A program made the translations under genes and the position numbers. A DNA stretch of 64,000 nt, taken from contig DASXLI010000019.1 of NCBI GenBank assembly GCA_036496285.1, forward strand, positions 8,244 through 72,243. Reading direction: 5' to 3'. Positions 45,820 through 56,965 of this stretch are shown in pieces (within the stretch, counting starts at the first letter, position 1; every line of letters starts with the position of its first letter). The notes beneath the pieces are model-generated. The model had not been told where the DNA came from. It ran no database searches and saw only the letters and a list, made by a program, of their open reading frames with translations. Origin of the DNA: Candidatus Binatia bacterium (lineage in GTDB: Bacteria > Desulfobacterota > Binatia > UTPRO1).

Positions 45820-47169
45820 ATGCCGATCGCTCCGAACCCGCGCGCCGCGCTTGCCCTGCTCGCCTGCGCTTGCCTCGTCCTCCTCGCGACGCGTGCCGTG
45901 GCCGCGCCGGCGTGTGCCGACCCCGACGGCACCGGCGTCGACGTCATCGACGCCGCGAACGTGCAACGCGCCGCGGCCGGCCTGCCGAGCACGTGCACGG
46001 CGGCGCCGTCCGTCTGCGACCTCGACGGCGTGAACGGCGTGGACGCGGGCGACGCCGCCGACGTCCTGCGCCGCGCCGCAGGCCTGGCGCCGACCCGGGA
46101 CTGCCTCCCCGCCTTGAAGCTCACCCAGGTCGCCGGCGGCCTCGCGTCGCCACTCTTCGTCGGCGCGGCCGAGGGCGACCCGTCGCGGCTCTACGTCGTC
46201 GAGCAGCCGGGGCGCATCCGCCTCATCAAGAACGGCACGCTCGCCGCGCAGCCCTTCCTCGACATCACCGACACCGTCTCGAGCGGCGGCGAGCGCGGCC
46301 TCCTCGGACTGGCGTTCCATCCGAGCTACGTCGCGAACGGCCGCTTCTTCGTGAACTATACGAACCCCGACGGCAACACGATCATCGCCGAGTTCCACCG
46401 CTCCGCGGCGAGCCCCGACGTCGCCGACCCGCAGCCCGCGCGCGTCTTCTTCACGGTTGAGCAGCCCTTCGCGAACCACAATGGCGGCATGGTGGCCTTC
46501 GGACCGGACGGCCTCCTCTACCTCGGCCTCGGCGACGGCGGCAGCGGCGGCGATCCGATGAACAACGGCCAGCGCCTCGACACCAAGCTCGGCAAGATCC
46601 TGCGGATCGACGTGGACACCTATCCGACGCCGCCCTCCGGGAATCTCTCCGGCGGCGATCCGGACATCTGGGACTTCGGCTTCCGCAATCCCTTCCGCTT
46701 CAGTTTCGACCGCGGCACGGGCGACCTCTATATCGGCGACGTCGGGCAGGACCGCTTCGAGGAGATCGACCTCGAGCCGCGCGGCAGCGGGCGGCGGAAC
46801 TACGGCTGGCGCACCACCGAGGGCATGCACTGCTTCGACCCGCCGACCGGCTGCAACCTGACGGGCATCACGCTGCCGGTCGCCGAGTACTCGCACGCCG
46901 ACGGCTGCGCCGTGATCGGCGGCTACGTCTACCGCGGCGCCGCCATCCCCGGCCTCGTCGGCCGCTACCTCTATGCCGACTTCTGCTCCAACCGCATCTG
47001 GTCCTTCGTGCGCACGGGCGGACAGGTGAGCGGCACACTCGAGCTGACGGACGAGCTCGATCCGGGACGGACGCTCGGCGGCCTCACCTCGTTCGGCGAG
47101 GACGCCGATGCCGAGATGTACCTGATCGACGGCGCGCGCGGCCTCGTCTTGCGGATCGATCCGGAGTAA
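45820..47169 (+). CDS. PQQ-dependent sugar (glucose/sorbosone) dehydrogenase-like beta-propeller with N-terminal dockerin-like repeats
   Basis: A signal peptide is followed by [22 protein letters not shown] and [27 protein letters not shown] motifs then follow: [12 protein letters not shown] and [27 protein letters not shown]. Confidence 0.8.
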   Translation: MPIAPNPRAALALLACACLVLLATRAVAAPACADPDGTGVDVIDAANVQRAAAGLPSTCTAAPSVCDLDGVNGVDAGDAADVLRRAAGLAPTRDCLPALKLTQVAGGLASPLFVGAAEGDPSRLYVVEQPGRIRLIKNGTLAAQPFLDITDTVSSGGERGLLGLAFHPSYVANGRFFVNYTNPDGNTIIAEFHRSAASPDVADPQPARVFFTVEQPFANHNGGMVAFGPDGLLYLGLGDGGSGGDPMNNGQRLDTKLGKILRIDVDTYPTPPSGNLSGGDPDIWDFGFRNPFRFSFDRGTGDLYIGDVGQDRFEEIDLEPRGSGRRNYGWRTTEGMHCFDPPTGCNLTGITLPVAEYSHADGCAVIGGYVYRGAAIPGLVGRYLYADFCSNRIWSFVRTGGQVSGTLELTDELDPGRTLGGLTSFGEDADAEMYLIDGARGLVLRIDPE

Positions 47170-47178
47170 GAAGACCCG

Positions 47179-47697
47179 ATGCGCGGCACCCGGCCCATGC
47201 AGACTTCCCTCATCGCCCTGCCCTTGCTCGTCATCCTCGGCTGCGGCGGTGGAGGCGGGGGCGGCGGCCACGACACCGGCCCCGTTGCGACGGCGACGGC
47301 CACGCCCGTCGCCACCCCGGCGCCGGTGCCGACCGCCGCCGTCACGCTCACCCTCAGCTCGTCGATCGACCTGGTCGGTGCGAGCTTCACCGTCGGCTAC
47401 GAGGCCGGCCGGGTCACGCTCCTCGGCAGCGGCGCGCAGGCGCAATGCCGCCTCGCCTCCAACGACCTCATCGCGGTGAACGACGACGACGCCGGCACGC
47501 TGCGGGTCGCGCTGCTTCCATCCGATCCGCTGCAGCGCCAGACCCTCGCGCTGCCGACCACGCTCACCTGCGATTTCGCCGAGAACGGCGGCTCCATCAC
47601 CGCCGGCGACGTGCGCGTCGGCAGCAAGACGGTGGCCGTGCTCGACGGCAGCGGCATCGCGGTCGCGGGCGACGGGTCGAAGCTCGCCGCGCAGTAG
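47179..47697 (+). CDS. lipoprotein with a Gly-rich/Thr-Pro linker and a cohesin-like beta-sandwich module (tentative)
   Basis: Lipobox LVILGC is followed by GGGGGGGG and the linker [15 protein letters not shown]. About 120 aa follow, with [21 protein letters not shown]...GTLRVALL...LTCDF, reminiscent of cohesin modules. Confidence 0.45.
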   Translation: MRGTRPMQTSLIALPLLVILGCGGGGGGGGHDTGPVATATATPVATPAPVPTAAVTLTLSSSIDLVGASFTVGYEAGRVTLLGSGAQAQCRLASNDLIAVNDDDAGTLRVALLPSDPLQRQTLALPTTLTCDFAENGGSITAGDVRVGSKTVAVLDGSGIAVAGDGSKLAAQ

Positions 47698-47734
47698 TAC
47701 CTGAGGATCTGACGATCGAGGCGCTTCGCGCGTC

Positions 47735-48700
47735 TCAGGGGCAGCCGCTTGCGCCCGGCAGGCCGAACGCCCGGCGCTGCACGTTCGCGGCGTCGACGAC
47801 GTCGACCTCGCCCGTCGCGTCGACGTCGCACTGGTCCGGCACCGCCGCGCACGTCGGCAGCCCGACGGCCGCGGCGAGCACCGCCGCCGCGTCGTCGCTC
47901 GTGACCGCGCCGTTGCCGTCGACGTCGCCGCAGACCGGCCCCGGGGCCGGGGTCGCGGTGGGCGCCGGCGCGGCCGCGGCATAGATCATCATGGCGCCGT
48001 TCACGTCGTCGGCCGTGGGCGCGCCGACGAAGCACGGGTCGCCCTCCGGGAAGCGGAACGCGGAGCGCATGAGGACGTTGGCGTCGCGCCCGCATTGATC
48101 CGGATGATCGAGGCCGAGCACGTGCCCGAGCTCGTGCTCGACGACCGCGCGGAAGAGACCCGGCGTGAAGCGCGAGTTGAAGGCCTGGTTCACGACGATG
48201 TCGGCGTCGCGTTGCTGCCCGCGTTGCGGGCCGTCCGAGAAGGTGACGCGCAGGGTCACCGCGACGACGTTGCTGCTGAAGTTCTGCCCTCCGCAGAACG
48301 TCGTCGAGCCGCCGATCGACGTGCGCCCGTCGGTCGAGTCGCAGAAGGCGACCGGATGCGCCGCGTCGGCCTGCACGAACGCGAAGCGATCCGGCAGGTC
48401 CTCGGTCCACTTGGCAGCCGCCTCCTGGCAGTGCTGCACGCAGGACGAGTCGCCGCAGGAGATGTCGTGCGTGCCGTCGCCGATGAAGCGGCAGTCGTAG
48501 AAGACCTGTGGCGGCACCCAGCGGACGATCGGCGTCGCCGGACAGCGGTCGCCCGCGAGCGAGAGGAACGCGAACGCGTTCCCCGGGGGCGGATCGCACT
48601 GCGCGGCGGCGCCGCGTGCCGTCGCGACACAGGCGAGCGCCAGCGCGGCCGCCGCCATCCAGTGCATGCGCGGGGGCATGCGCAGGCGGGGCGCGCTCAT
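47735..48700 (-). CDS. secreted metzincin-type zinc metalloprotease with C-terminal dockerin-like repeats
   Basis: Contains [11 protein letters not shown] (HExxHxxGxxH). The C-terminus has [24 protein letters not shown] and [23 protein letters not shown]. The N-terminus is signal-like. Confidence 0.8.
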   Translation of the reverse strand: MSAPRLRMPPRMHWMAAAALALACVATARGAAAQCDPPPGNAFAFLSLAGDRCPATPIVRWVPPQVFYDCRFIGDGTHDISCGDSSCVQHCQEAAAKWTEDLPDRFAFVQADAAHPVAFCDSTDGRTSIGGSTTFCGGQNFSSNVVAVTLRVTFSDGPQRGQQRDADIVVNQAFNSRFTPGLFRAVVEHELGHVLGLDHPDQCGRDANVLMRSAFRFPEGDPCFVGAPTADDVNGAMMIYAAAAPAPTATPAPGPVCGDVDGNGAVTSDDAAAVLAAAVGLPTCAAVPDQCDVDATGEVDVVDAANVQRRAFGLPGASGCP

Positions 48701-49323
48701 GGACGGGCCGCGTGGATCGCGGCGACGAACGCGTCGAGGGAGGGCGCGCCGCCGGCACCGACGCCGCTCTCACGACGCACCGCCGCGGGGCCGAGTGCGG
48801 TGACAGCGGCCGCCGACAGCGCCCGGCCGGTGCCGTCGCGAACCAGATCGGCACCCTCGACGCGCTCGACGCGATAGATCCCCTGGTTGAAGCCGGTCAC
48901 GGGGCTGATCGCCGGCGGATCCTGCTCGCGATCGAGGAAGACGACGTAGCGCTCGCCGACCTGGAACTCCGGCATCCCGTCGATCGACTGGCGTATGGCA
49001 CCCACCTCGCCGCCGGCGAGACGGAGCGTCAGCTCGGCCCCGGGGTTCCCGGCCACGACCTGATCGACCGCCAGGGTGACGAGGGTCTCGAAGAACGCCG
49101 GCGCGCGCGGCGAGCGCCGGCTGGCGACCGCACGCACCGTGCCGACGACGATCGTGTCGGCGGCGCTGCACTGCTCGGCGAACGGCATCGCGAGGATGGT
49201 CGTCGCCGCCGCCGGCGCGCCGCCGAGCGGCACGATGCCCGGCATCCCGGCGACGGGGGAGACGAGAGCTGTGACGAGCGCGGCGGTGCGGAGCCCCACC
49301 TTCAGCCGAAGACCAGGCGGCAC
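48697..49323 (-). CDS. exported hypothetical protein, translationally coupled to the metalloprotease
   Basis: 208 aa. Its stop overlaps the protease ATG (4-nt overlap). No family recognised. Confidence 0.5.
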   Translation of the reverse strand: MPPGLRLKVGLRTAALVTALVSPVAGMPGIVPLGGAPAAATTILAMPFAEQCSAADTIVVGTVRAVASRRSPRAPAFFETLVTLAVDQVVAGNPGAELTLRLAGGEVGAIRQSIDGMPEFQVGERYVVFLDREQDPPAISPVTGFNQGIYRVERVEGADLVRDGTGRALSAAAVTALGPAAVRRESGVGAGGAPSLDAFVAAIHAARP

Positions 49324-49445
49324 GGTCCGCCCGCTCTAACCTGATCCGCCCGCACCCGCAAGTCGCGCGCCGTGATCCAAACCGTCGCACTCCTGATCTT
49401 GTAACCGACGGTCGCTCGGACCATCATGGGTGGAAGGGGGTGGAC

Positions 49446-50924
49446 ATGATGAATCCGCTGCTCGAGCTGCAACGACTGGGTCAGTCGCCGTGGCACGACA
49501 ATATCCGCCGCGAGCTGCTCACGTCGGGCGCGCTCGCACGCATGGTCGCCGACGGTGACATCACCGGCCTGACGTCCAACCCGACGATCTTCGAGCAGGC
49601 GATCGAGTCGGGGACCGACTATCAGAGCCAGCTGCGCTCCTTGGCGCGCGCCGGCAAGCGCCCCGACGAGATCTTCGACGCGCTCGCGATCAGCGACATC
49701 CGGGACGCCGCGGACGTGTTCGCGCCGGTGTACGCCCGCACCGACGGTGCCGACGGCTTCGTCAGCATCGAGGTGAACCCGATCTACGCGAACGACACGG
49801 CGAAGACGATCCGCGAGGCGCACCGCCTCTGGAAGACGGTCGCCAAGCCGAACGTGATGGTGAAGATCCCCGCGACGCGCGAGGGCGTGCCGGCCATCGA
49901 GGCGTGCATCGCCGACGGGCTCAACATCAACATCACGCTGATCTTCTCGCTGCAGCGCTACGAGCAGGTCATGGACGCCTACCTCGCGGGCCTCTCGCGC
50001 CGCGTCGCCGCCGGGAAGCCGGTGCGAAGCATCGCCTCGGTCGCGAGCTTCTTCGTGAGCCGCGTCGACACCGAGGTCGACAAGCGCCTCGACGCACTGA
50101 TCGCGTCCGCGCCGCCCGAGCTGGTCGAGCACTTGCGTGCGCTGCAGGGACGGGCGGCGATCGCCAACGCCAAGCTCGCCTATCACCGGTTCCGCGAGAA
50201 GTTCGGCACGGCGCGCTTCGCCGAGCTGGCGCGTCAGGGCGCGCGCGTGCAGCGCCCGCTCTGGGCGAGCACGTCCACCAAGAATCCCGCCTACCCCGAC
50301 GTCTACTACGTCGAGGCGCTGATCGGTCCCGACACGGTCGACACGATGCCGCCGGCGACCATCGTGGCCTACAAGGACCACGGCCACCCCGCATCGCGCC
50401 TCGATCGCGACGTCGACGACGCCCGCGCGATCCTGCAGCGCCTCGCGAGCGCCGGCATCTCGATGGACGAGGTCACGGCGAAGCTGGAGGTCGACGGCGT
50501 CGCATCGTTCGCCAAGTCGTACGAGTCGCTGCTCGCAACCGTCGCCCAGGCGGCGTCGGCCGCTGCGCCGTCAGTCGGCAGCGCCCCAAAGCGCGCGGCC
50601 AAGCCCGCGGCCGCGAAGCGCAAGCCGAAGGCGAAGCGTCCCACCGCCAAGCGGAAGGCGGCGAAGCGTCCAGCCGCCAAGCGCTCGGCCGCGAAACGCT
50701 CCGGCGCCAAGGGGCGGTCGACCGCCAAGCCGCGCGCCAAGTCCGCGCGCAAATCGACCGGCCGTGCAAAGAGTGCCGCGAAGGGGCGCGCCCGTCCGAA
50801 GAGCCGGCGCCGCGCCGGTGGCGCACGCGCGACGACGCGGCGGGCGGCCGGACGCGGCCGGGCGACGACCAAGAAGCCGCGCCGGGCGGCACGCAAGCCG
50901 GCCAAGACGAAACGCCGGCGCTGA
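49446..50924 (+). CDS. tal: transaldolase with a 111-residue Lys/Arg/Ala-rich C-terminal extension
   Basis: N-terminus MMNPLLELQRLGQSPWHDNI. Contains TSNPTIF and VMVKIPAT (catalytic Lys context). The tail, KRAAKPAAAKRKPKAKRPTAKRKAAKR...KTKRRR, is encoded at 50589-50921. Confidence 0.85.
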   Translation: MMNPLLELQRLGQSPWHDNIRRELLTSGALARMVADGDITGLTSNPTIFEQAIESGTDYQSQLRSLARAGKRPDEIFDALAISDIRDAADVFAPVYARTDGADGFVSIEVNPIYANDTAKTIREAHRLWKTVAKPNVMVKIPATREGVPAIEACIADGLNINITLIFSLQRYEQVMDAYLAGLSRRVAAGKPVRSIASVASFFVSRVDTEVDKRLDALIASAPPELVEHLRALQGRAAIANAKLAYHRFREKFGTARFAELARQGARVQRPLWASTSTKNPAYPDVYYVEALIGPDTVDTMPPATIVAYKDHGHPASRLDRDVDDARAILQRLASAGISMDEVTAKLEVDGVASFAKSYESLLATVAQAASAAAPSVGSAPKRAAKPAAAKRKPKAKRPTAKRKAAKRPAAKRSAAKRSGAKGRSTAKPRAKSARKSTGRAKSAAKGRARPKSRRRAGGARATTRRAAGRGRATTKKPRRAARKPAKTKRRR

Positions 50925-50975
50925 GATCTCGATCCACACGCCGCGCGGGCGGCGACGGACTGGGGAGGGGGTAGC

Positions 50976-52568
<1,593 letters not shown>

Positions 52569-52581
52569 GGCCGGCGGCGCG

Positions 52582-53574
52582 ATGGCGACGTACGTGCTCG
52601 CCGGCGACATCGGCGGGACGAAGACCGCGCTCACCCTGCATGCCGTCGGGACGGACGGCGCGAGCACCCAGGTCCGCGAGCAGAGCTTCCCGAGCCGCGA
52701 GTACCCCGGCCTGGAGCAGGTGATCGCCGCGTTCCTGCAGCCGGGCGAGGGCGTCGCGGGCGCGGCATTCGGCATCGCCGGCCCGGTCGTCGACGACGCG
52801 GTGACGACGACCAACCTGCCCTGGCACATCGAGCGCCGGCACCTCTCGGACGAGCTCGGCGGCGCGCCGGTCGTCCTGATGAACGACCTCGAGAGCACCG
52901 CCTACGGCGCCCTCTTCCTGAGCGCCGACCAGCTTCTCACCTTGAACCCGGGCGTGCCCCGTCCCGGGCACCGCGCCGTCATCGCCGCCGGCACCGGCCT
53001 CGGCCAGGGCCTCCTGCACTGGGACGGCGTCGCCCACCGCCCGGTCGCGACCGAGGGCGGCCACGCCGACTTCGCGCCGCGAAGCCCGATCGAGGACGAT
53101 CTGCTGCGTTTCCTGCGCACCCGCTTCGGCGCGCACGTCTCGTACGAGCGCGTGCTGTCGGGCCCGGGCCTGCACAACGTCTTCCAGTTCCTCGACGAGG
53201 CGCTCGGCCGTCCCATCGCGCCCGACGTCCGCGCCCGCATGACGCGCGAGGACCCGAGCGCCGTGATCGGCGAGACCGCGGTCGCGGGCACCTGCGCGAC
53301 GTGCCGCGAGGCAGTCGATCTCTTCCTCGACGCCTACGGCGCCCAGGCCGGCAACCTCGCGCTCACCGCAATGGCGACCGGCGGCATCTACGTCGGCGGC
53401 GGCATCGTGACCAAGCTCGCCCCGCTCGTGCCGCAGAGCTCGTTCGTGCGCGCGTTCGTCGCCAAGGGGCGCTACGAAGGATTGCTGCGCGAGATCCCCG
53501 TCTCCGTGATCATGAACGCGCGCACGGCGCTCCTCGGCGCCGTCCGGGCCGCGGTGGCGTTACTCCGGCGTTGA
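52582..53574 (+). CDS. glk: glucokinase
   Basis: Start MATYVLAGDIGGTKT (ATP-binding DxGGT). Also contains ATEGGHADFAP and GGIYVGGGI. Confidence 0.85.
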   Translation: MATYVLAGDIGGTKTALTLHAVGTDGASTQVREQSFPSREYPGLEQVIAAFLQPGEGVAGAAFGIAGPVVDDAVTTTNLPWHIERRHLSDELGGAPVVLMNDLESTAYGALFLSADQLLTLNPGVPRPGHRAVIAAGTGLGQGLLHWDGVAHRPVATEGGHADFAPRSPIEDDLLRFLRTRFGAHVSYERVLSGPGLHNVFQFLDEALGRPIAPDVRARMTREDPSAVIGETAVAGTCATCREAVDLFLDAYGAQAGNLALTAMATGGIYVGGGIVTKLAPLVPQSSFVRAFVAKGRYEGLLREIPVSVIMNARTALLGAVRAAVALLRR

Positions 53575-53781
53575 GCCCGGGTCGCGCGGCGCTGCGGGCG
53601 ACGCGCAGCAGGTCGATCACCGCTCGGTGCCCGAGCTTTCACCATGGCGCTCGCGCTACGCGGCAAAGAAACAACTTGCAATCGAGTGTCGCGTGCGCCT
53701 AGACGTTCGCGAAGATCAATCCCGCTGCCCAACGCCCCTTGCGCCGAAACGGCCCGCGAGCCGAAACGGAGGACCCCCGCC

Positions 53782-54606
53782 ATGAAAGCGCCCATCGGAC
53801 TCCTAGCGATCGCGATTGTCCTTGCCATGGACGGCCCGAGCCATGGAGCGAACCTCAAGTGCGCCGCGGACGCCATCAAGGTGGGATCGGTCTGCGTCGA
53901 CAAGTACGAGGCGAGCGTCTGACAGATTCCGACTACGGACACCTCGCTCATCAAGCAGGTCCAGAAAGGGAAGGCCTCCCTCAGCGCGCTCACGAGCGGC
54001 GCCAACCAACTCTCCGTCGCTGGCGCAGGATCGTGCGCACCCGCGTATCCGGCAGGCTTCCCCTCCAACGGCGACTGGACGCCGCTGCCGGCATCGGATC
54101 CGCCGACGCCGGGCGTCTACGCCGCTTCCGTGCCTGGCGCGCTCCCGAGCGCGTGCATCACGTGGTTCCAGGCGGAACAGGCGTGCCGCCTCTCCGGCAA
54201 GCGCCTGCTCACCAACCAGGAATGGCAAGCCGCCGCGGCTGGCACGCCGCAGACGGGGCTCATCTCCGGGCCGATGGAATGCAACACCAACTCGACCGGC
54301 CCAACGGCCACCGGATCACGCCCGCTCTGCAAGTCCAGCTGGGGTCTATTCGACATGGCCGGCAACGTCGCCGAATGGGTGGCCGACTGGGTCCCACGGT
54401 CGACCAACTGCCCGGGTTGGAGCACCTTCAGCACGAACGACATGTGTCTCTCAGGGGCGTTCACGACCGCGTTCGGGCCAGGGGCGCTTATCCGTGGCGG
54501 TGACTGGGGCCTCGGTGACGGCACCCTCTCGGGGCCGTTCACCGTGTACGGCAACAACTACCCCTACACCACCGATCCTGTGATCGGATTCCGCTGCGCC
54601 CGTTGA
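53782..54606 (+). pseudogene. FGE-sulfatase (SUMF1-like) domain exported protein interrupted by one in-frame TGA (53920-53922)
   Basis: Track ORFs 53644-53922 and 54130-54606 are in the same frame, with no other stop between them. The signal peptide is MKAPIGLLAIAIVLA. It reads VCVDKYEASV-TGA-QIP. Downstream motifs are GKRLLTNQEWQAAAAG, GLFDMAGNVAEWVADW, RGGDWG and GFRCAR. Confidence 0.7.
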
Positions 54607-54712
54607 CGATCGCAAGGCTTCCCGTCTAGCGCTCAGCAGCGCCCGGATCGATATCGCGAGCGACACACCAGCGGGTTGCGAATCTCGCATCTCGCGGTAG
54701 TGTCGCCGCCCA

Positions 54713-55696
54713 ATGAGCCGGTTGCGACACATTCTGGTCGGCGTCGGGGCGCTCTGCGTTCTCACCGTCATCGGGACGATCGGCTACATGCATTTCGAAG
54801 GGTACACCGCGGGTGAGGCGAGCTTCTTCACGTTGGGGGTGCTTGCGACCGAGGGCTTGCAGATCCGACCGCTCAGCCCGGGTGGGCGCGCGCTCACCGC
54901 CGCGCTCATGGTCCTGGGGATCGGCATCGTGCTGTACACGGTCGCTCTGATCGCCCAGCAGACCATCGAGGGCGAGCTCCAGACGTTCGTCGGGAGGAGA
55001 CGTATGCAACGAACGATCGACGGGTTGCGCGGGCATGCGATCGTCTGCGGCTTCGGTCGCATGGGTCGCATGGTGTGCCGCGAGCTCCAGGCGAAACCGA
55101 TGCCCTTCGTGGTCGTGGATCGTGCCGAGAGCGCGGGACGGCGTGCCGAGGAGCAGGGCCTGCTCCTGGTCAGCGGAGACGCCACGGAGGAGGAGACGCT
55201 GCGGCGCGCGGGCATGGCGAACGCGGCCGCGGTGATCACGACGCTACCCTCCGATGCCGAGAACGTCTTCCTGACCCTGACGGCACGCGCGGTCGCGCCG
55301 ACGCTCACGATCGTTGCACGCGCCGAGAGCGAAACCGGGGCAGAGCGCCTGCGTCAAGCGGGCGCCACGCGAATCGTTTCACCGTACACGATCGGCGGTC
55401 ACCGGATGGCGCAGGCGATCCTCCGTCCAGCGGTGCTCGATTTCGTCGATCTCACCACGCAGCACCAGAGCGTCGAGCTGCAGTTCGAGGAGATCGCGAT
55501 CGTCCGAAGCGCCGGCACGACGCTCGCGTCGTCCGGCATTCGCGACTACGTCGACGTCATGGTGCTCGCCATCCGCAAGCCCGATGGCGGAACGCGCTTC
55601 AATCCCGCCCCCGACGAGGCGCTCATGGCGGGTGATCGGCTCCTGGTGATCGGCCAGGCGCAAAGCCTGAAGCGTCTCGAGCGCGAGCTGGCCTGA
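54713..55696 (+). CDS. two-TM ion channel with tandem RCK (TrkA-N/TrkA-C) domains and a non-canonical pore
   Basis: Pore region FFTLGVLATEGLQIRP. RCK motif VCGFGRMGR. A TrkA-C-like region lies at the C-terminus. Confidence 0.8.
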   Translation: MSRLRHILVGVGALCVLTVIGTIGYMHFEGYTAGEASFFTLGVLATEGLQIRPLSPGGRALTAALMVLGIGIVLYTVALIAQQTIEGELQTFVGRRRMQRTIDGLRGHAIVCGFGRMGRMVCRELQAKPMPFVVVDRAESAGRRAEEQGLLLVSGDATEEETLRRAGMANAAAVITTLPSDAENVFLTLTARAVAPTLTIVARAESETGAERLRQAGATRIVSPYTIGGHRMAQAILRPAVLDFVDLTTQHQSVELQFEEIAIVRSAGTTLASSGIRDYVDVMVLAIRKPDGGTRFNPAPDEALMAGDRLLVIGQAQSLKRLERELA

Positions 55697-55697
55697 A

Positions 55698-56105
55698 TCA
55701 CTCGCTCGCTGACCCTCCGTTCCGCGGATCGTCCTTCGCGTTCACGTAGTCGAGGCCGAGCGGCCCAATGGCGGTTACCTGGGTGACGTACTCGCCCGAT
55801 TTCGCCCAATGGAAGTGGGACGTACTGCCCGGCAGAACGATCACGGCCCCGGGCGGATACGCCTCCAATTTGTCGGCGTCGAACCGATCACCCAGCCCGA
55901 TGTAGAAGACGCCGGACATCACCGTGTACACCCGATCCTCGGGGTGCGTGTGCGGCATCAGCTTGACCCCACGAGGCACCTTCACCCTGATCACGTAGGG
56001 CCCGGCCTCCGCGGGGTGCCCGACAACGACGGCGAGGCGCACCGAAGCCGGGAACGCCGCGAAGGGCTTCCAGTCGACCTCCTCGGACATGATTGCCTTG
56101 AGCAC
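55698..56105 (-). CDS. cupin domain protein
   Basis: 135 aa containing MPHTHPEDRVYTVMSGVFYIGLG...PGSTSHFHW (cupin motifs). Confidence 0.75.
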   Translation of the reverse strand: MLKAIMSEEVDWKPFAAFPASVRLAVVVGHPAEAGPYVIRVKVPRGVKLMPHTHPEDRVYTVMSGVFYIGLGDRFDADKLEAYPPGAVIVLPGSTSHFHWAKSGEYVTQVTAIGPLGLDYVNAKDDPRNGGSASE

Positions 56106-56123
56106 GGCTGGTCCGGGCAGAGC

Positions 56124-56813
56124 CTACGCCGCTTTCTGCGCCGCGAGCACCTTCAGCAACGCCTGGGCCGCGGACGTCGACGATGCGGGATTCTGCCCGG
56201 TCACGAGGTGGCCATCCACGATGGAGAAGGGCTGCCAGTCGGGAGCCTTTTCGAAGAGGGCGCCGAGACGCTTCAGCTCGTCCTCGACGAGGAACGGCAC
56301 GACGTGCGTCAGCTGAACCGCTTCCTCCTCGCCATTGGTAAAGCCCGTGACCCGCTTTCCCTTGACGAGAGGCTCGCCCTTGTAGGTGACGTGACGAAGC
56401 ACGCCCGGCGAATGGCAGACCAGCGCCACCGGCTTGCCGGAGTTGTAGAAGGACTCGATCAACGCGATCGACACCGGGCTCTCGGCCAGGTCCCACATGG
56501 GACCGTGTCCGCCGACATAGAAGACCGTGTCGAAGTGTTCCGCCTTCACGTCCGCGAGCCGGACGGTGTTGGCGAGCGCCTTCTGCGCGATGTCGTCCTT
56601 CTTGAATCGCGTCATGGCCGGCGTTTGATTCTCGGGAAGATCGCTCTTCGGATCGACGGGGGGCTGGCCGCCTTTCGGTGAGGCCAGCGTCAGCTCGACG
56701 CCGGCGTCCCTGAAGACGAAGTAGGGAGCGGCGAACTCCTCGAGCCAGAAGCCGGTCGTGCGTCCGGTGTTGCCGAGCTGATCGTGCGAGGTCAGCACCA
56801 TCACGATTTTCAT
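56124..56813 (-). CDS. DJ-1/PfpI (type 1 glutamine amidotransferase-like) family protein
   Basis: Start MKIVMVLTSH after an AAGGAGAGAG RBS. Contains FYVGGHGPMWD and the nucleophile elbow ALVCHSPG. Confidence 0.85.
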   Translation of the reverse strand: MKIVMVLTSHDQLGNTGRTTGFWLEEFAAPYFVFRDAGVELTLASPKGGQPPVDPKSDLPENQTPAMTRFKKDDIAQKALANTVRLADVKAEHFDTVFYVGGHGPMWDLAESPVSIALIESFYNSGKPVALVCHSPGVLRHVTYKGEPLVKGKRVTGFTNGEEEAVQLTHVVPFLVEDELKRLGALFEKAPDWQPFSIVDGHLVTGQNPASSTSAAQALLKVLAAQKAA

Positions 56814-56965
56814 GCTCTCTCTCCTTGGGGGCTCTGGGTGTGGAGCATTTCGGACATACTGCCGTGGCACGTCGTAGGATATCCCCCGGTGAGCGTTCCG
56901 GCCCCGACTCGCCGACGCCCGTGCGCCTTGACGCGTCGCCGCCGTTTTGACAGCACTCGCCGCCC

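Noticed and set aside
45694-47982. Upstream 760 codons of the 1087-aa minus-strand ORF that ends as hemB
   Set aside because: The hemB homology starts at [13 protein letters not shown] (ATG at 45693). The upstream part is antisense to the PQQ-dehydrogenase and lipoprotein genes and is compositionally junk-like.
53923-54000. SECIS element downstream of the in-frame TGA in the FGE-like gene
   Set aside because: Only short, weak stems (CCG-acta-CGG; GGGA-aggcc-TCCC about 45 nt downstream) are present, at the wrong distance and size for a bacterial SECIS. The expected residue is Trp, not Cys/Sec.
53472-54068. 198-aa minus-strand ORF across the glk end and the FGE-like gene start
   Set aside because: It overlaps two plus-strand genes that have clear motifs. 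It has no recognisable domain or RBS.
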